Shown: positions 1 through 12,041, counted from the stretch's first letter. The stretch: 64,000 nucleotides of DNA from Selaginella moellendorffii (GCF_000143415.4 NW_003314284.1:372001-436000); one strand, 5' to 3'. Notes: generated by a model not told the origin, from the sequence alone. Translations and numbers: made by a program.

Positions 1-5
1 GCGGC

Positions 6-620
6 GATACTGATAATTGCCAGCAGCACTTGAGCATCATCATAGCCTCTTTGGTTCTTCCTTGCAAGAGCCTGACGTAACCATCTCTAGAATAGGTAAT
101 AGTTTTTTTTGGTCCGTTTGTTGCTGCCGGTTTACTGTTTACATTCCATTGCGAGCACCTAGCCTCGATACTAATAATCGCCGGCAGCACTTGAGCATCG
201 TCACGGCCTTATTGGTTCTTCCCTGTGAGAGCTTGACATAAACCCTCTCTAGAATAGGTAATAGTTTTTTTTTTGTTCGTTTGTTGCTGCCGATTTACTG
301 TTTACATTCCAGCGTGAGCACCTAGCCTCGATACTGATAATCGGCGGCAGCGCTTGAGCATCATCACGGCCTCTTTGGTTCTTCCTTGCAAGACCTCAAC
401 GTAAACCATCTCTAGAATAGGTAACAGTTTTTTTTTGGTCCGTTTGTTGCTGCCGATTTACTGTTTACATTCTAGCACGAGCACTTAGCCTTGATACTAA
501 TAATTGCCAGCAGCATTTGAGCATCATCACAGCCTCTTTGGTTTGAAGGCCTCTACTCGAGATCAACATAAACCATTGCTAGAATAGGTAACAGTTTTTT
601 TTGTTTACATTCCAGCGTGA
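6..620. repeat. Tandem repeat, ~162-bp unit, ~3.8 copies (may continue left of the window)
   Basis: The unit start GATACT(G/A)ATAAT recurs at 6, 167, 330 and 493. TCTAGAATAGGTAA and GTTTACATTC motifs recur in the units. Confidence 0.92.
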
Positions 621-705
621 GTAAAGAGCAACATGCAGCAAAGAGGATCAACACCAAAACATTTAGTTTTTGTCACTCTTAAGTAAATAAAGTATAATAG
701 TATTG

Positions 706-1740
706 TCACTCTAAGCTCTCAATAAACCTTTCCACTGTATCTCTCAATGCTATGCCATCTTTAGCTGAACGAAGAGACCTTTGTGGAAGGTAGCTTGCAT
801 CATGGTTAAATTTGTCAGGGTCAAAATCTTCCATGAACCTATCATTCCGTGTGATTATTAAGTTATGTAGCACGAAACAAGCCATGATGTTATTCGCAAG
901 GATGCTTAGATGACCTTTGAATCCTTTCCAAGCTAGCAATTTCCATTGCCTCTTTAAAATTCCAAAAGATCGCTCGACAACAATCCTCATAAAAGAATGA
1001 AAGAAATTGTACTGCTCTTTGGCATAAAACCTATTTGGATATGGGACCAAAACTGGTAAAGCACAGTTATATCCTCCATCAGTAATGATATACTATAGAA
1101 TGTCCCCAAACTCTGTGTGGTACACTAGACCATATAAATGCTTCTTCTCAATCCAAGCCTTTTTCAAACCACTAGAATTCCAAATTCGTCTATCTAGAAC
1201 ACTACTTGCTATCCCTATTATTATGTCAAGAAATGAAGTCTTACTATCTACTATGGTTTGAACTACCATCGAGTAGTACTTTTTTGCCCCAACATACCAA
1301 TCCATTGCATCCTTTGATCTTGAGAGCTTGATTGCAATGTGAGTGCAATCCATTGCACCACAACAGTTTGGGAATCCATGCAATATCTAAAATCCAATTA
1401 TAACTTATTTCATTCCCTCCTCATCCGGCCAATGGATCATTAGTCCTTCATGCTCAAGCAATGCATACTTGAAATGGTGTAGACAGGCTTGGGCAGTGCA
1501 TGAAGCCACTCCAAATGCATCACCAATTGTTCACCATATATCCCCATGCCAAACATTTCAAAGTAATAGCTACTTGCTTTGAAACAGGCAAGTGCCGCTC
1601 TGGTATTTCTACCAAACCTGGAGGAGGCCTCTTAACCAATTTTGGAGCAAGTTCATCACAAAGAAAAGTGAATATAGATATTAAAACCCGAAAAACTTCT
1701 CTAAATCTTTATGGATCTATATGGAGAACTTCAAACTTTG
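706..1740 (-). mobile_element. Decayed PIF/Harbinger-family DDE transposase (HARBI1/ALP1-like)
   Basis: Minus-strand motifs: FREVFRV..FTFLCDEL, KQVAITL, GDAFGV, GFPNCCGAMDCTH, YSMVVQTIVD, ITDGGY, RIVVERSFGILKRQW, ACFVLHN. In-frame stops (e.g. 1093-1095, ~1388) and a frameshift near 1535. Confidence 0.88.
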
Positions 1741-3512
1741 TTTGATACCACCAATGTAGACTTCTTGACTTGATGTAGTACACATTGATCGATAGCCCTT
1801 TTTAGTGATCACTCTCTCAACAAATGAAGATGTAGCAAGATATGGCATAAAAAGCACTATAGCAATCGCTTCCTCCACCATTCGAATGAACAAAAGTTTT
1901 CTTGAAACTGGAACTAAAATCATGTCCTCTTTCTCTAGAAAGAACAACTCTACCAAATTTAAATACTTCATCACAATCCTTACAACATGGGAAATGATTG
2001 CCAAGGAAGAATGCAAAGCAGCCATGGAGCCCTAAGAGTGCATGGCATAATAACTATCATCACACCCTCTTCCCTTCCCGGCCACACGTGCATCCCGCCC
2101 ATTGGCTGCCACAACATTGAGCCGATATTCCTGCTAACCATGGCCACTGGCCTTAGCCTGGGGCTAGGGTGGCCTCCCTTTCTTGAGAACCATGGCTTCC
2201 GAGGCTGCCCCACGCCCATGATCGAACAGCTGTGGGGGTCTGGGCCCTTCATTCTTATTATTATAGATATTTATATATGAATGCTTTCATTTATTATTTC
2301 TTTGTTGCCATGTGGTATTAATCATCCACATATATTTCTTCTTAGGGATCTCAATCCCTCTACGGTTTGGAGTTGTAGGCATGCAAGATTCTAGCCCTTG
2401 TTTTTCATCTTCATCGCCACTTAGTCATAGTATAAGTGCTGGAGTTCCCTTGAATCTCATCTGTTCTATCAACGCTGCTGCAGTTTAGGAAACACCAAAT
2501 TCCCAGTCCCCCACACTGGAATTCTCATCTCCTGAGTCAAGGCAGAGTTGCTTTCCCAACGGACACTTGTCTTGCCTTCCCAGCATGCACAAGCTCCTCA
2601 ATCTCATCGTGGACTGTGGCCGAATTTCTCCCACTGGGACATTTGCTCATACTTCATCTGTCCAAGAACGATTGAGATTGAAGACACAGCCGCAACTTCT
2701 GGCGTAATGCATGACAAGTGTTCTCTTCCTCTTATGGCAAATGCTCCTCCATCACCTTCTCACATCGCTTCATCATCTTGTCAATCACCAAATCCCCCAC
2801 CACACAATTCCATTCATGGATCAGCCCCTGCTGGTAGAGTGCGTGGTAATGGTGTTGGAGCTGGTGCAGAGCAGGATGTTGGTGAGAGTGCAAATCCTTC
2901 AATTCAAACGTCAGTATATGCACTCACGACCCAGTCTCCACCAGCTTCTCCTGAATTCTGGCACTTACAGAGGAATGACACTTGGCTTCACGACCTGTCT
3001 GGGCACCACTGTCAACGGCTACATGGTCCACTGTAGCACCAGTCACAGATATGTGCCTCTGGCAACTGCCCCAATAGAAACTACGCAGCCTACGTGATCC
3101 GTTGTTGATGGCCTCTACATCCCCTATGGCTGTGGCTACAACAAACTCACTCTTACCATGTCTCTCACACTGCCCTCAATTTCATATATGCCACCTTCTA
3201 GATGCTCTTCTCCAACAAAAACTAGCGCTCTACTTTTTGCTACAACACCTCATACTTTATCCATGTTGGCTCCTGTTTCATTAACCTTCTCAAATACACC
3301 ACCCTTCCCCATGGCCTCCACTTTACCAGCACTTTTTTCATCAACAACTTCAACCCCACCACCTTTTTCATCATCACTCCATTGCCATACTAATAAATTT
3401 TTCAGTATAATATTATTATTTTTACTATACGATAGTTTGTTTTTATATGTATATATATAACAAGTGCTGGTGTAATACTTTATATGTTTATATACTAATG
3501 AAGAATGGGAAG

Positions 3513-5657
3513 TTACAAGAAAACGAACTGACAGTAACTAGCGGCATCGCTTCTATCGATCTCCAGCAAGCTCGAAGTAGCAAGCGCCCCTCTCGCCTTA
3601 TCAGCATGGACACTGCAAGCACTGAGCAAGCTGACCCAAGCCACGGCATCCGCCTGGTATGGCATGCTTGTCACCAGCTCCAGCGCTCGATCCAATTGCC
3701 CCGCCCGCCCCAGCAAATCCACCAGGCACAAGAAATGCTCCAACACGGGCTCCACTCCAAAATCGCCCACCATAGATCGAAACAGCTCCACTCCCTCGCG
3801 CAGCATCCCTCCATGGCTGCACGCTGCCAGCAAGCTCACGAAAGTGCTACTGGCGTCCACCTCGATCCCCTGGAGCTGCATCCTCTGGAGCAGCCACAGC
3901 GCCGCACCCCCAATCCCGTTCTGTCCCAGCGCGCAGATCGCCGCGCTCCACACCGAGCGCCCCAGCGATCGCGTCTGATCCAGCACCGCGACCGCCTCGT
4001 CCACGCTGCCGCACCGCCCATACATCTCAATCAAACTCGCCGCCACGAGATCGCAGGCATCAAAGCCGCGCTTGGCAATCCTGGCGTGGATCTCGCGCCC
4101 CTCCGCGAGAGCTCCAAGCTTCCCGCAGGACTCCAGCACCGCCATGTAGCTGTGCTCGTTAGGGACCAGCCCGGAGCTCGGTGACTCCATCGCACCGAAG
4201 ACACGCAGAGCCTCGCGGCGCTCGTCCTCGTCCTCGCTCCGGGAGAAGGCCGTCATGAGGGAGTTCCATGCCACCATGTCCTTGACGGGCATACTGTGGA
4301 AGAGCCGCTGTGCCTCGCGGACATGCCCGCTCTGGGCATATGCTAGAACCATGCTGCCCCACGTCGCCGGGCTCCTATCCATCATCCCGTTAAAAATCCG
4401 CCTCGCATCTTCAAGATTCCCGCTCTCTGCGTACGCGACGATCATCGCGTTGCACGACGAGACGCTCTTCACGCCCAGCGCCGCGAAGAGCTCCTCGGCC
4501 TCGCGGATCCGGCCGTTGTGTCCCAGCGCAGAGATCATCGCGTTCCAGGAGATTGGGTCGTGCTGCGGCATCCTGGCAAAGATCGCCCTCGCGTCGTCCA
4601 GGTGCCGGCTCTGCGAGCACGACGAGAGGATCGTCGTCCACGACACGACGCAGCGCCCGCCGGGCATCGCGAAGAAGAGATCGAACGCGTGCTGCGAATG
4701 CCCGGCCTCGGCAAATGCTGCGATCATCAGGTTCCACGATGTGGTGTCGTGGACTGGCATCTGATCGAACGCCGACTGGACCTCGCGGAGATTTCTCCCG
4801 CGGGAGTACGCGGAGATGAGAGTGTTTCCCGAGATCACGCACCAGTGAGGCATCCGATCGAAGAACTGGCGCGCCAAGACGATTTGCCCGTTCTGGGAGT
4901 ATGCCGTGATCATCGCGGTCCAGGAGATGATGGTTCTCTCCTCCATGAGATCAAACACGGCTCTAGCGCCTTCCAGATTGCCACACTTTCCGTGGAGATT
5001 GATGAGCGCGGTGGCGACCATGCACTCGCGCTCCAGCCCACTCTCGGCGATCTGGGCGTGGATCATCCGGCCAAACTGGAGCGCGGTCAGCTCGCAGCAA
5101 GCGCCCAGCGCATTCACGAATGTGCTCCGATCGGGGCGGCATCCGTCGTGATTCATGAGCCGGAAGAGATGGAGCGCCGCCTCGAACTGGGCGCTCTGGG
5201 CGTAGGCCGAGATCATCGCGTTCCACGACACGGAGCTCCTGTCCACCATGGAATCGAAGAGAGCCCGCGATTCCTGGAGGTGGCCGTTCTGCGCGAGCGC
5301 CACCAGCATGATCGTGTCGGTGTAGACGTTCCTGACGGCGGCGGCATCGATGCTCTTGAAGACCGCGCGGGCATCGTCGACGCAGCCGCAGCTCCCATAC
5401 ATCTGGATGATCGAATTCGCGACGAGGATATCGCGATCGAAGCCGTGCTTGACGATGTGGGCGTGGACGCGGCGGCCCTCGGCGATGGCGCCGGCGTCGC
5501 CGCATCGCCGCAGCAGCGATGCGTAGACGGAGGCATCGGCCAGAGGCGTCGCCGCCGGAGGAGGAGCTGGAGATTGATGATGATCTTGCGCCTCTGCCTC
5601 GGCGATCATCATCCTCTGTGGAGAGAGCCGCCATTTCTTCCGCAAGCTCAAGCGCAT
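3513..5657 (-). CDS. PLS-class PPR protein ending in an E1 motif (putative organellar RNA-editing specificity factor), intronless; start Met uncertain (5657 or 5612)
   Basis: Repeated VSWNAMISAYAQxG-type motifs, then FVSLLAACSHGG, HFLCLVDLLGRAGQL and AWVSLLSAC. No DYW domain. Confidence 0.9.
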   Translation of the reverse strand: MRLSLRKKWRLSPQRMMIAEAEAQDHHQSPAPPPAATPLADASVYASLLRRCGDAGAIAEGRRVHAHIVKHGFDRDILVANSIIQMYGSCGCVDDARAVFKSIDAAAVRNVYTDTIMLVALAQNGHLQESRALFDSMVDRSSVSWNAMISAYAQSAQFEAALHLFRLMNHDGCRPDRSTFVNALGACCELTALQFGRMIHAQIAESGLERECMVATALINLHGKCGNLEGARAVFDLMEERTIISWTAMITAYSQNGQIVLARQFFDRMPHWCVISGNTLISAYSRGRNLREVQSAFDQMPVHDTTSWNLMIAAFAEAGHSQHAFDLFFAMPGGRCVVSWTTILSSCSQSRHLDDARAIFARMPQHDPISWNAMISALGHNGRIREAEELFAALGVKSVSSCNAMIVAYAESGNLEDARRIFNGMMDRSPATWGSMVLAYAQSGHVREAQRLFHSMPVKDMVAWNSLMTAFSRSEDEDERREALRVFGAMESPSSGLVPNEHSYMAVLESCGKLGALAEGREIHARIAKRGFDACDLVAASLIEMYGRCGSVDEAVAVLDQTRSLGRSVWSAAICALGQNGIGGAALWLLQRMQLQGIEVDASSTFVSLLAACSHGGMLREGVELFRSMVGDFGVEPVLEHFLCLVDLLGRAGQLDRALELVTSMPYQADAVAWVSLLSACSVHADKARGALATSSLLEIDRSDAASYCQFVFL

Positions 5658-5729
5658 AAACCCTAGATCCTCCCATTTCTTTCTTCTTCTTGTTCTATGA
5701 TCGAGATCTTCCTCTCGTTTGCGTGATCT

Positions 5730-7616
5730 ATGATCCCATCTCCAGCGGCATTGGATAGTCCCAGTCGCTGGCAAGATCTGGCAAAAGAAATCGTGAGTAG
5801 CAGTGCCAAGAGATCAAGAAACCCGGATTTCCCTCACAAGGTTCTCCGGGGCCAAGACTACTACGAGCAACTCATCCGCGAGTGTGGAGATTTGCGCGAT
5901 TTGCAGCGAGCCCGGCGAATCGATGCGGCGATCCAATCCAGCTCCTATCGAGAGAACCGATACCTCAAGAATCTCCTCGTGAAAATGTATGGGCAATGCC
6001 ATAGTTGCGAGGACGCGCTCAAGACGTTCCACTCCATTGGCGAGCCCAACGTATATTCCTGGAACATTCTCCTCGTGGCATATACCGAGAGTGGGCATCT
6101 TGTGGAAGCCCAGCGCGTGTTTGATGCCATTCCTTGCAAGAATGCCGTCTCTTTCAACGTAATGTTCCAAGCATATGCCCAGTCTGGGAATCTTGGGGCC
6201 GCGAAGAAATACTTTGACCGCATTTTGGGCTTTGACGTGGTTTCCTGGAACACGATGATTGCAGCGTTTGCTAGATCAGGGCATTTTTTCGAAGCAAAGT
6301 CCATGTTTGATCGAACGGACGTGCGCGATGTTGTAACGTGGACGGTCATGATCGGAGCATACTCCGCGAATGGTTGTCTCTTACACTCAAAGACTCTCTT
6401 TTTCTCTATGCCGTTTCGAAACATTATCACTTGGAACACCATGCTACAAGCGTTTGCCCAAAACGGGCATCTAGATGATTCCAAGGATCTGTTTGATTCG
6501 ATGCCAGAAAGAGATACCACGTCTTGGAATCTCATGCTTCAGGCATTTGCGGATGAAGGCAGCTTACAGCAAGCGAGAGATGTTCTGCAGAATATGCCTC
6601 AACCAGATGTAGTGTCATGGAATATTATGCTTGGAGCCTACTGCCAAAATGGCTACGTAGAAGAATGCAAGAGAGCTTTCGATGAGATGCCCAACCCAAG
6701 CATCGTTTCAAGGACCACTCTTTTGACAGTATATGCTAACGAAGGATTTCTAGAAGAAGCAAGGGCCCTCTTTCTCAAGTTTCCAGATCTTAATGTTGTG
6801 TCTTGCACAGCTATGGTGAGAGCCTACGCTCTCAAGGGCAAGATCGAGGAAGCAAAATGGACATTCGACCAGATTCTGGAGCCAGACATTGTTGCAAAAA
6901 CTACATTGATGCAGGCATATTCTCAAGCCGGGTATCTCTCTTTGGCTTTAGAAATGTTTGAGGATATCGTCAGCCGTGACACGATTGCATGGAATGCTAT
7001 AATCGCAGCTCTCGTTGAGAATGGCCATATCAACGATGCAATACGAATGTTTAAAAAAATGCCAGCAAAAGATTCTTCGTCCTGGGCCACCATGTTTACC
7101 GCATATGCTCAGTGCGGAAATCTTGATGCTGCGAGTTTCTTGTTTGAGATTATGCCCTGCCGTGACTCATCCTCATTCAACGCTATGATTTCCACGTACT
7201 CGGGGTTTGGGTACGCAAACGACGCGCTCTCCTTGTTTAGATTTTCGGATCTCCAGGGCGCTGTTGTGGATGACACGAGCTACATGAGAATCCTCCACTC
7301 GTTCGCTCACAAGGGCAAGGTGGCGAGCAGTAGAAGTTGCTTTGCATCCATTAAGATCGACCGTGGGATCAACCCAACGCTCCAGCACTATTGCTGCATT
7401 GTGGATGCGCTAGGCCGGGCTGGCCAGCTGGATGCTGCCGAGGAGCTCGTGGATTCCATGCCCTTCGAGGCTGAAGCAATTGCATGGGGTACACTCTTGG
7501 GCGCTTGTAAACTCCATGGCGACGCTTTCAGGGCTGCCCGAGCTTCGCAAAAGGTGGTGGAGCTCAATCCGCACAACACTGCTGCCTACAAACTCTTGGC
7601 TAACATGCACAAATAG
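5730..7616 (+). CDS. PLS-class PPR protein with a long run of 31-aa (SS-type) repeats, ending in an E1 motif, intronless
   Basis: 628-aa ORF with tandem 31-aa repeats, then HYCCIVDALGRAGQL, AWGTLLGACKLHGD and AAYKLLANM. Confidence 0.92.
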   Translation: MIPSPAALDSPSRWQDLAKEIVSSSAKRSRNPDFPHKVLRGQDYYEQLIRECGDLRDLQRARRIDAAIQSSSYRENRYLKNLLVKMYGQCHSCEDALKTFHSIGEPNVYSWNILLVAYTESGHLVEAQRVFDAIPCKNAVSFNVMFQAYAQSGNLGAAKKYFDRILGFDVVSWNTMIAAFARSGHFFEAKSMFDRTDVRDVVTWTVMIGAYSANGCLLHSKTLFFSMPFRNIITWNTMLQAFAQNGHLDDSKDLFDSMPERDTTSWNLMLQAFADEGSLQQARDVLQNMPQPDVVSWNIMLGAYCQNGYVEECKRAFDEMPNPSIVSRTTLLTVYANEGFLEEARALFLKFPDLNVVSCTAMVRAYALKGKIEEAKWTFDQILEPDIVAKTTLMQAYSQAGYLSLALEMFEDIVSRDTIAWNAIIAALVENGHINDAIRMFKKMPAKDSSSWATMFTAYAQCGNLDAASFLFEIMPCRDSSSFNAMISTYSGFGYANDALSLFRFSDLQGAVVDDTSYMRILHSFAHKGKVASSRSCFASIKIDRGINPTLQHYCCIVDALGRAGQLDAAEELVDSMPFEAEAIAWGTLLGACKLHGDAFRAARASQKVVELNPHNTAAYKLLANMHK

Positions 7617-7755
7617 CATTGAAATGCCATGAATTTCATGGAGGAGGGTGTTGTACAGACTGAGGTTACTCCATAGCATTCTTTTGTGGATAAGTTTACA
7701 CTCGTTCTTGCACTTGCATTCAATCGAGAGGCTGTGATTGTCCAGATTCACCTTA

Positions 7756-8502
7756 TTAAAAGGCTGCTAATTCAGTATAACATTTGTACAAGAGTTCTTT
7801 CACTAATGTTTCTTTGGCACCAAACATCTTGGCGCAAGCATCCACGGAATCACAAAACCCATGCTCATCCTCCATGTCTATTGAGAGGTAAAGACCTTGG
7901 ACAATTCTAAACTCTGTGCTGGATCCAAACCCGGGATCTAGCTTCTCGTACTCGTGCTTCACCACTCTATCGAGATCCCCGTACCGCGCATCTAAAACGC
8001 GGCAAACGGCAGCCTTGAACAGCGACGATCTCACATTCACCTTGGAGGGCGTTGGGGTGCTACGCGCAATAGCTTCAAACATCTGGGTCGCCTCGCCAAA
8101 CTTCGCAATGACCACGGCCAGGTTGGCGGCCCGGATCTGGCACCGCAGTGACTCCTTGAGATTGGTATTCCCGAAAAGGACGGAGGCCTCCTTGAACGCC
8201 TCAAGCGCCCGCTCGTTGCTCTCCAGCTCTCCAATGTTCTTTGAGCAGATCGCTGCCAGGAGATGGCAAGAAGGTCCCAGTTTTTTCCACGCAACCTTCG
8301 CGAGGTGCCACGCCGCGACCGCTTTGTCCGTGGAGCCGTCTCGCCGAAAACACTCAGCTGCTTTGGTGTAGGAAATCGCCGACTCGGAGATATTGTTCTT
8401 GGATTGGCTGTCAATGCCTTGCTTCATGTGAATCTCTGCTGCCTCGGACCATCGCTTCTCCTCTTCTAGCTTTTTAACCGGATTGCTCCACAAGAACGCC
8501 AT
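7756..8502 (-). CDS. Divergent alpha-SNAP-like (NSF attachment protein family) protein, intronless
   Basis: SYTKAAECFRR, ALEAFKEAS, ATQMFEAIAR, LFKAAVC, YEKLDPGFGSSTE and SIDMEDEHGF follow the alpha-SNAP motif order. ATG at 8500-8502. Confidence 0.75.
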   Translation of the reverse strand: MAFLWSNPVKKLEEEKRWSEAAEIHMKQGIDSQSKNNISESAISYTKAAECFRRDGSTDKAVAAWHLAKVAWKKLGPSCHLLAAICSKNIGELESNERALEAFKEASVLFGNTNLKESLRCQIRAANLAVVIAKFGEATQMFEAIARSTPTPSKVNVRSSLFKAAVCRVLDARYGDLDRVVKHEYEKLDPGFGSSTEFRIVQGLYLSIDMEDEHGFCDSVDACAKMFGAKETLVKELLYKCYTELAAF

Positions 8503-8595
8503 GAAAACCCTAGAGAAGACTTCATACTTATAGTGATGCAAAAAGGCGATTTATTGGTTTAACTTATTAATCACCTTTATCTTTTGATTAAACGC

Positions 8596-10080
8596 TTACT
8601 TTAAAGAGCTTGCGATGTCTATGACGAAACGAAACGTAACGTCGCTTTTGATCATCCTTTGTATGGCAGTGTTTGCGTAGTCGATGGGAACTATCTCGAT
8701 GTTGGGGAGGATTTTCTTATCGGCACAAAATTGGAGCATCTCTTCGATCTCTTTGCATCCGCCGGTTGAGCTCCCGGAGATCGATCTCATGGCTATGAAA
8801 CACAATCTATAGAATGAGCCAAACAAGAAAAAAGTACGAAAGAAAACTTACGCAACATCAAGTGTGGAGCAAATTCATGACTCGGTGGAACGCCCACCAT
8901 GACTAAGTGCCCTCCCGTCTTTAGAAGCGGGAGATACAAGTTTAGATCGTGTTTCCCTGCCGCTGTGTCGATGATCCAATCTATGGATTTTTCTGCGGCC
9001 TGTCATGATGAACAAACAAAGAATGACGTCTCGAGCCAGAGGAAAAGTATCTTAAACACGAACTTACATGCAACGCCTGTGGATCTTTTGTGACGAGAAA
9101 CTCGTCAGCCCCAAGGAGAGTGAGAGCGTCCTCTTTCTTGCCCGGCGATGTGCTGAGCACCGTCACCTTGTGGCCGAAAGCTTTGCCAAACTTGACGGCC
9201 ATATGACCCAAACCACCCAGCCCGATCACTCCTAGGTGTTTCCCTGTCTGGGAGATCATACCATAGCGTTTCATTGGGCTATAGACCGTGATCCCAGCAC
9301 ACAATAGTGGAGCGGCATCGCTGGACGAGAGCTTGTCCGGAATTTGGAAAGCATACCTGCGAGACAACAGAAGGTTCGATAAAAAACTCGAAAAAAACTT
9401 TGAAGTTTCTTACCTTGAGTGGACAACCATTTTGTTGGAGAAGCCTCCTTTGGTGATGGTTCCATCGATGTCTTCGTAGTTGTACGTGAGGAGCGATTTG
9501 TGGCAGTAGTTCTCCATTCCATTATCGCAGTCGTCGCAAGAGCCACAGGAGCGGCAGTAAGCTCCGACGCCAGCGCGGTCGCCAACCTTGAAGCGTGTCA
9601 CATTGGAGCCCACCTCTGCCACTACGCCTACAATCTCGTGTCTAGATGGAATCAAAGCCGTGAGGAAAAAAATGAAAAAGTCAACTAGGAGAGAAACCAA
9701 GAACAAAAATAAGAACAGAAGAAAAACTGAGGGAGAGATCATGCTGGGCTCAAAAGAAAAGAAAGGGGATCCAGGAAACCAGATAATTGAAGAACGAATT
9801 GGGGAGTTCTCTCTCGCTTACCCAGGAACGATGGGATATTTGGTGTCGCCATGCTTGTTGAAAAGCCACACGGCTTCGGCGTAACAGATCCCGCAGTGGG
9901 TGATTTTGAAACAAATGTCATCGTCTCCTATCGCTCTGGAGCAAGGAAGAAAAAGGCAGAAAAATATCTTTGTAGCAATCCAGAATAATTCTCACTATAC
10001 CTCCTAGAGAACTCGTGGCGCGAGAGAACTCCAGATTGATCCCGAGCTGCCCAACCCACGCATTCCACACCCGTCGCCAT
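8596..10080 (-). CDS. CAD: Cinnamyl alcohol dehydrogenase-like Zn-MDR (Arabidopsis CAD1-type clade), 6 exons, copy 1
   Basis: Spliced model: [73 protein letters not shown] introns. Confidence 0.9.
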
Positions 10081-11357
10081 CGTTGGACTCTATAGAAAAA
10101 GTGGTGCTTAGTTCGAATCCCAGTCTTAAACCTATGGAGTCTAGGGCTGCAAGGAACGAAGAATAAACAATTCCTTGGCACATATAAGGTATGTTTTTTT
10201 TCAATGAGGTTTTATGCGGTTTAGTGAAGAATTTCTTACTATTGAGAGTGGATTTTTATACACTAGTTATAACAAGAAATTTCCAGCAAAGGTATCAATT
10301 TAATAATTTCATTTAGGCTTCTCAAATAAATTAGGGCTTGATTGAACCAGGAAGACTGAAGGACTTTATTCAAGCATCAAGAATTTATGGGTGTAACTCA
10401 GAGAAGGATTGCTAACCATCTAGAGGCTTAAGAACAGATTTCTTTCACTAGCTCCCTATGAAGGATGCAACATGGATTTACACTCTTTTCTAGAGGCTTG
10501 AAAAATGTAAATTTGCTTCCATTACAGTGTGATAGCCATTCCAACTGCTACTCCAAGTTTAGTTTGATCGCTGTAACTAGGCTACCTTAAGCTATGATCA
10601 ACTCACTGCTCCAAGCAGCTGACTTACTATGAGCTGAGACTGACTCGCTATGATCAGGCTGCTCCCAGCTAAAATCGACTTAGGAGAATGAGGTTGCTTT
10701 GAGCCAAGGCCACGCTGGTCTCTAGCCAAGCAGATAGCTTATATACATATACTTATACATGAATGCTTTCACCAAATGGCTTCATTATGACTCACCAGAT
10801 GGCTGAAATCCTTCACCAAATGGCCGATCGTGTGTTATCACGTGGTATTAATCATCCATATATATTTCTTCTTAGGGATCTCAATCCCTCACACTTTCTA
10901 CAGTTTGTGAGTTGTAGGCATGCATCATCTTCATCGCCACTTAGTCATAGTATAAGTGCCATTGAATCTTCATCTGTTCTATCAATGCTGCTGCAGTTCA
11001 GGAGACACCAACGAATTCCCGGTCCCCCACACCGGAATTCTCATCTCCTGAGTCAAGGCAGAGCACACACGACACACTCATCTTGCCTTCCCAACGGACA
11101 CTTGTCTTGCCTTCCCAGCGTGCACAAGCTCCTCAATCTCATCGTGGACTGTGGCTGAATTTCTCCCACCGCCGCACAACACTGCTGCCTACAAGCTCTT
11201 GGCTAACATGCACACATAGCATTGAAATGCCATAAATTCTTTGAATTTCATGGAGGAGGGTGTTGTACAAACTGAGGTTACTCCATAGCATTCTTTTGTT
11301 GATAAGTTCTTGCACTTGCATTTAATTGAGAGGCTGTGATTGTCCAGATTCACCTTA

Positions 11358-11955
11358 TTAAAAGGCAGCTAATTCGGTATAATATTTGTACAAGAGTTCT
11401 TTCACTAATGTTTCTTTGGCACCACACATCTTGGCGCAAGCATCCACGGAATCACAAAACCCACGCTCATCCTCCATGTCTATCGAGAGGTAAAGACCTT
11501 GGACAATTCTAAACTCTGTGCTGGATCCAAACCCGGGATCTAGCTCCTCGTACTCGTGCTTCACCACTCTATCGAGATCCCCGTACCGCGCATCTAGAAC
11601 GCGGCAAACGGCCGCCTTGAACAGCGACGATCTCACATTCACCTTGGAGGGCGTCTTGAACGCCTCAAGCGCCCTCTCGTTGCTCTCCAGCTCTCCAATG
11701 TTCTTTGAGCAGATCGCTGCCAGGAGATGGCAAGACAGTTTTTTCCACGCAACCTTCGCGAGGTGCCACGCCGCAACCGCTTTGTCCGTGGAGCCGTCTC
11801 GCCGAAAGCACTCAGCTGCTTTGGTGTAGGAAATCGCCGACTCGGAGATATTTTTCTTGGATTGGCTGTGTGCGATGCCTTGCTTCATGTGAATCTCTGC
11901 TGCCTCGGACCATTTCTTCTCCTCTTCCAGCTTTTTAACCGGATTGCTCCGCCAT
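11358..11955 (-). pseudogene. Alpha-SNAP-like copy 2, probably a pseudogene
   Basis: An 8-bp deletion just after the ATG gives MAEQSG*. A 138-bp in-frame deletion removes the equivalent of 8053-8190 (46 aa). Confidence 0.8.
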
Positions 11956-12041
11956 GAATGCCCTAGAGAAGACTATAGTGATGCAAAAAGGCGATTTATT
12001 GGTTTAACTTATTAATCACCTTTATCTTTTGTTTAAAACGC

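Noticed and set aside
6-620. CRISPR-like appearance of the regular repeat
   Set aside because: Whole units are homologous with no unique spacers, and the context is eukaryotic.
2030-2260. CATGG-rich segment ending GGGCCC as a Harbinger terminus
   Set aside because: No partner TIR or TSD visible in the window.
2548-3460. Low-complexity ORFs as the Harbinger Myb/SANT ORF
   Set aside because: No Trp-spaced Myb motif is recognisable.
3447-5676. Long overlapping ORFs (245, 382 and 237 aa) across the first PPR gene
   Set aside because: Shadow frames of GC-rich coding DNA with no motifs.
10190-10842. Possible decayed chromovirus integrase end (DATW-like) plus LTR (TGTGATA..TATCACG, followed by TGGTATT)
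   Set aside because: No TSD or PPT, imperfect termini and only fragmentary motifs. Not supportable without a repeat-library search.
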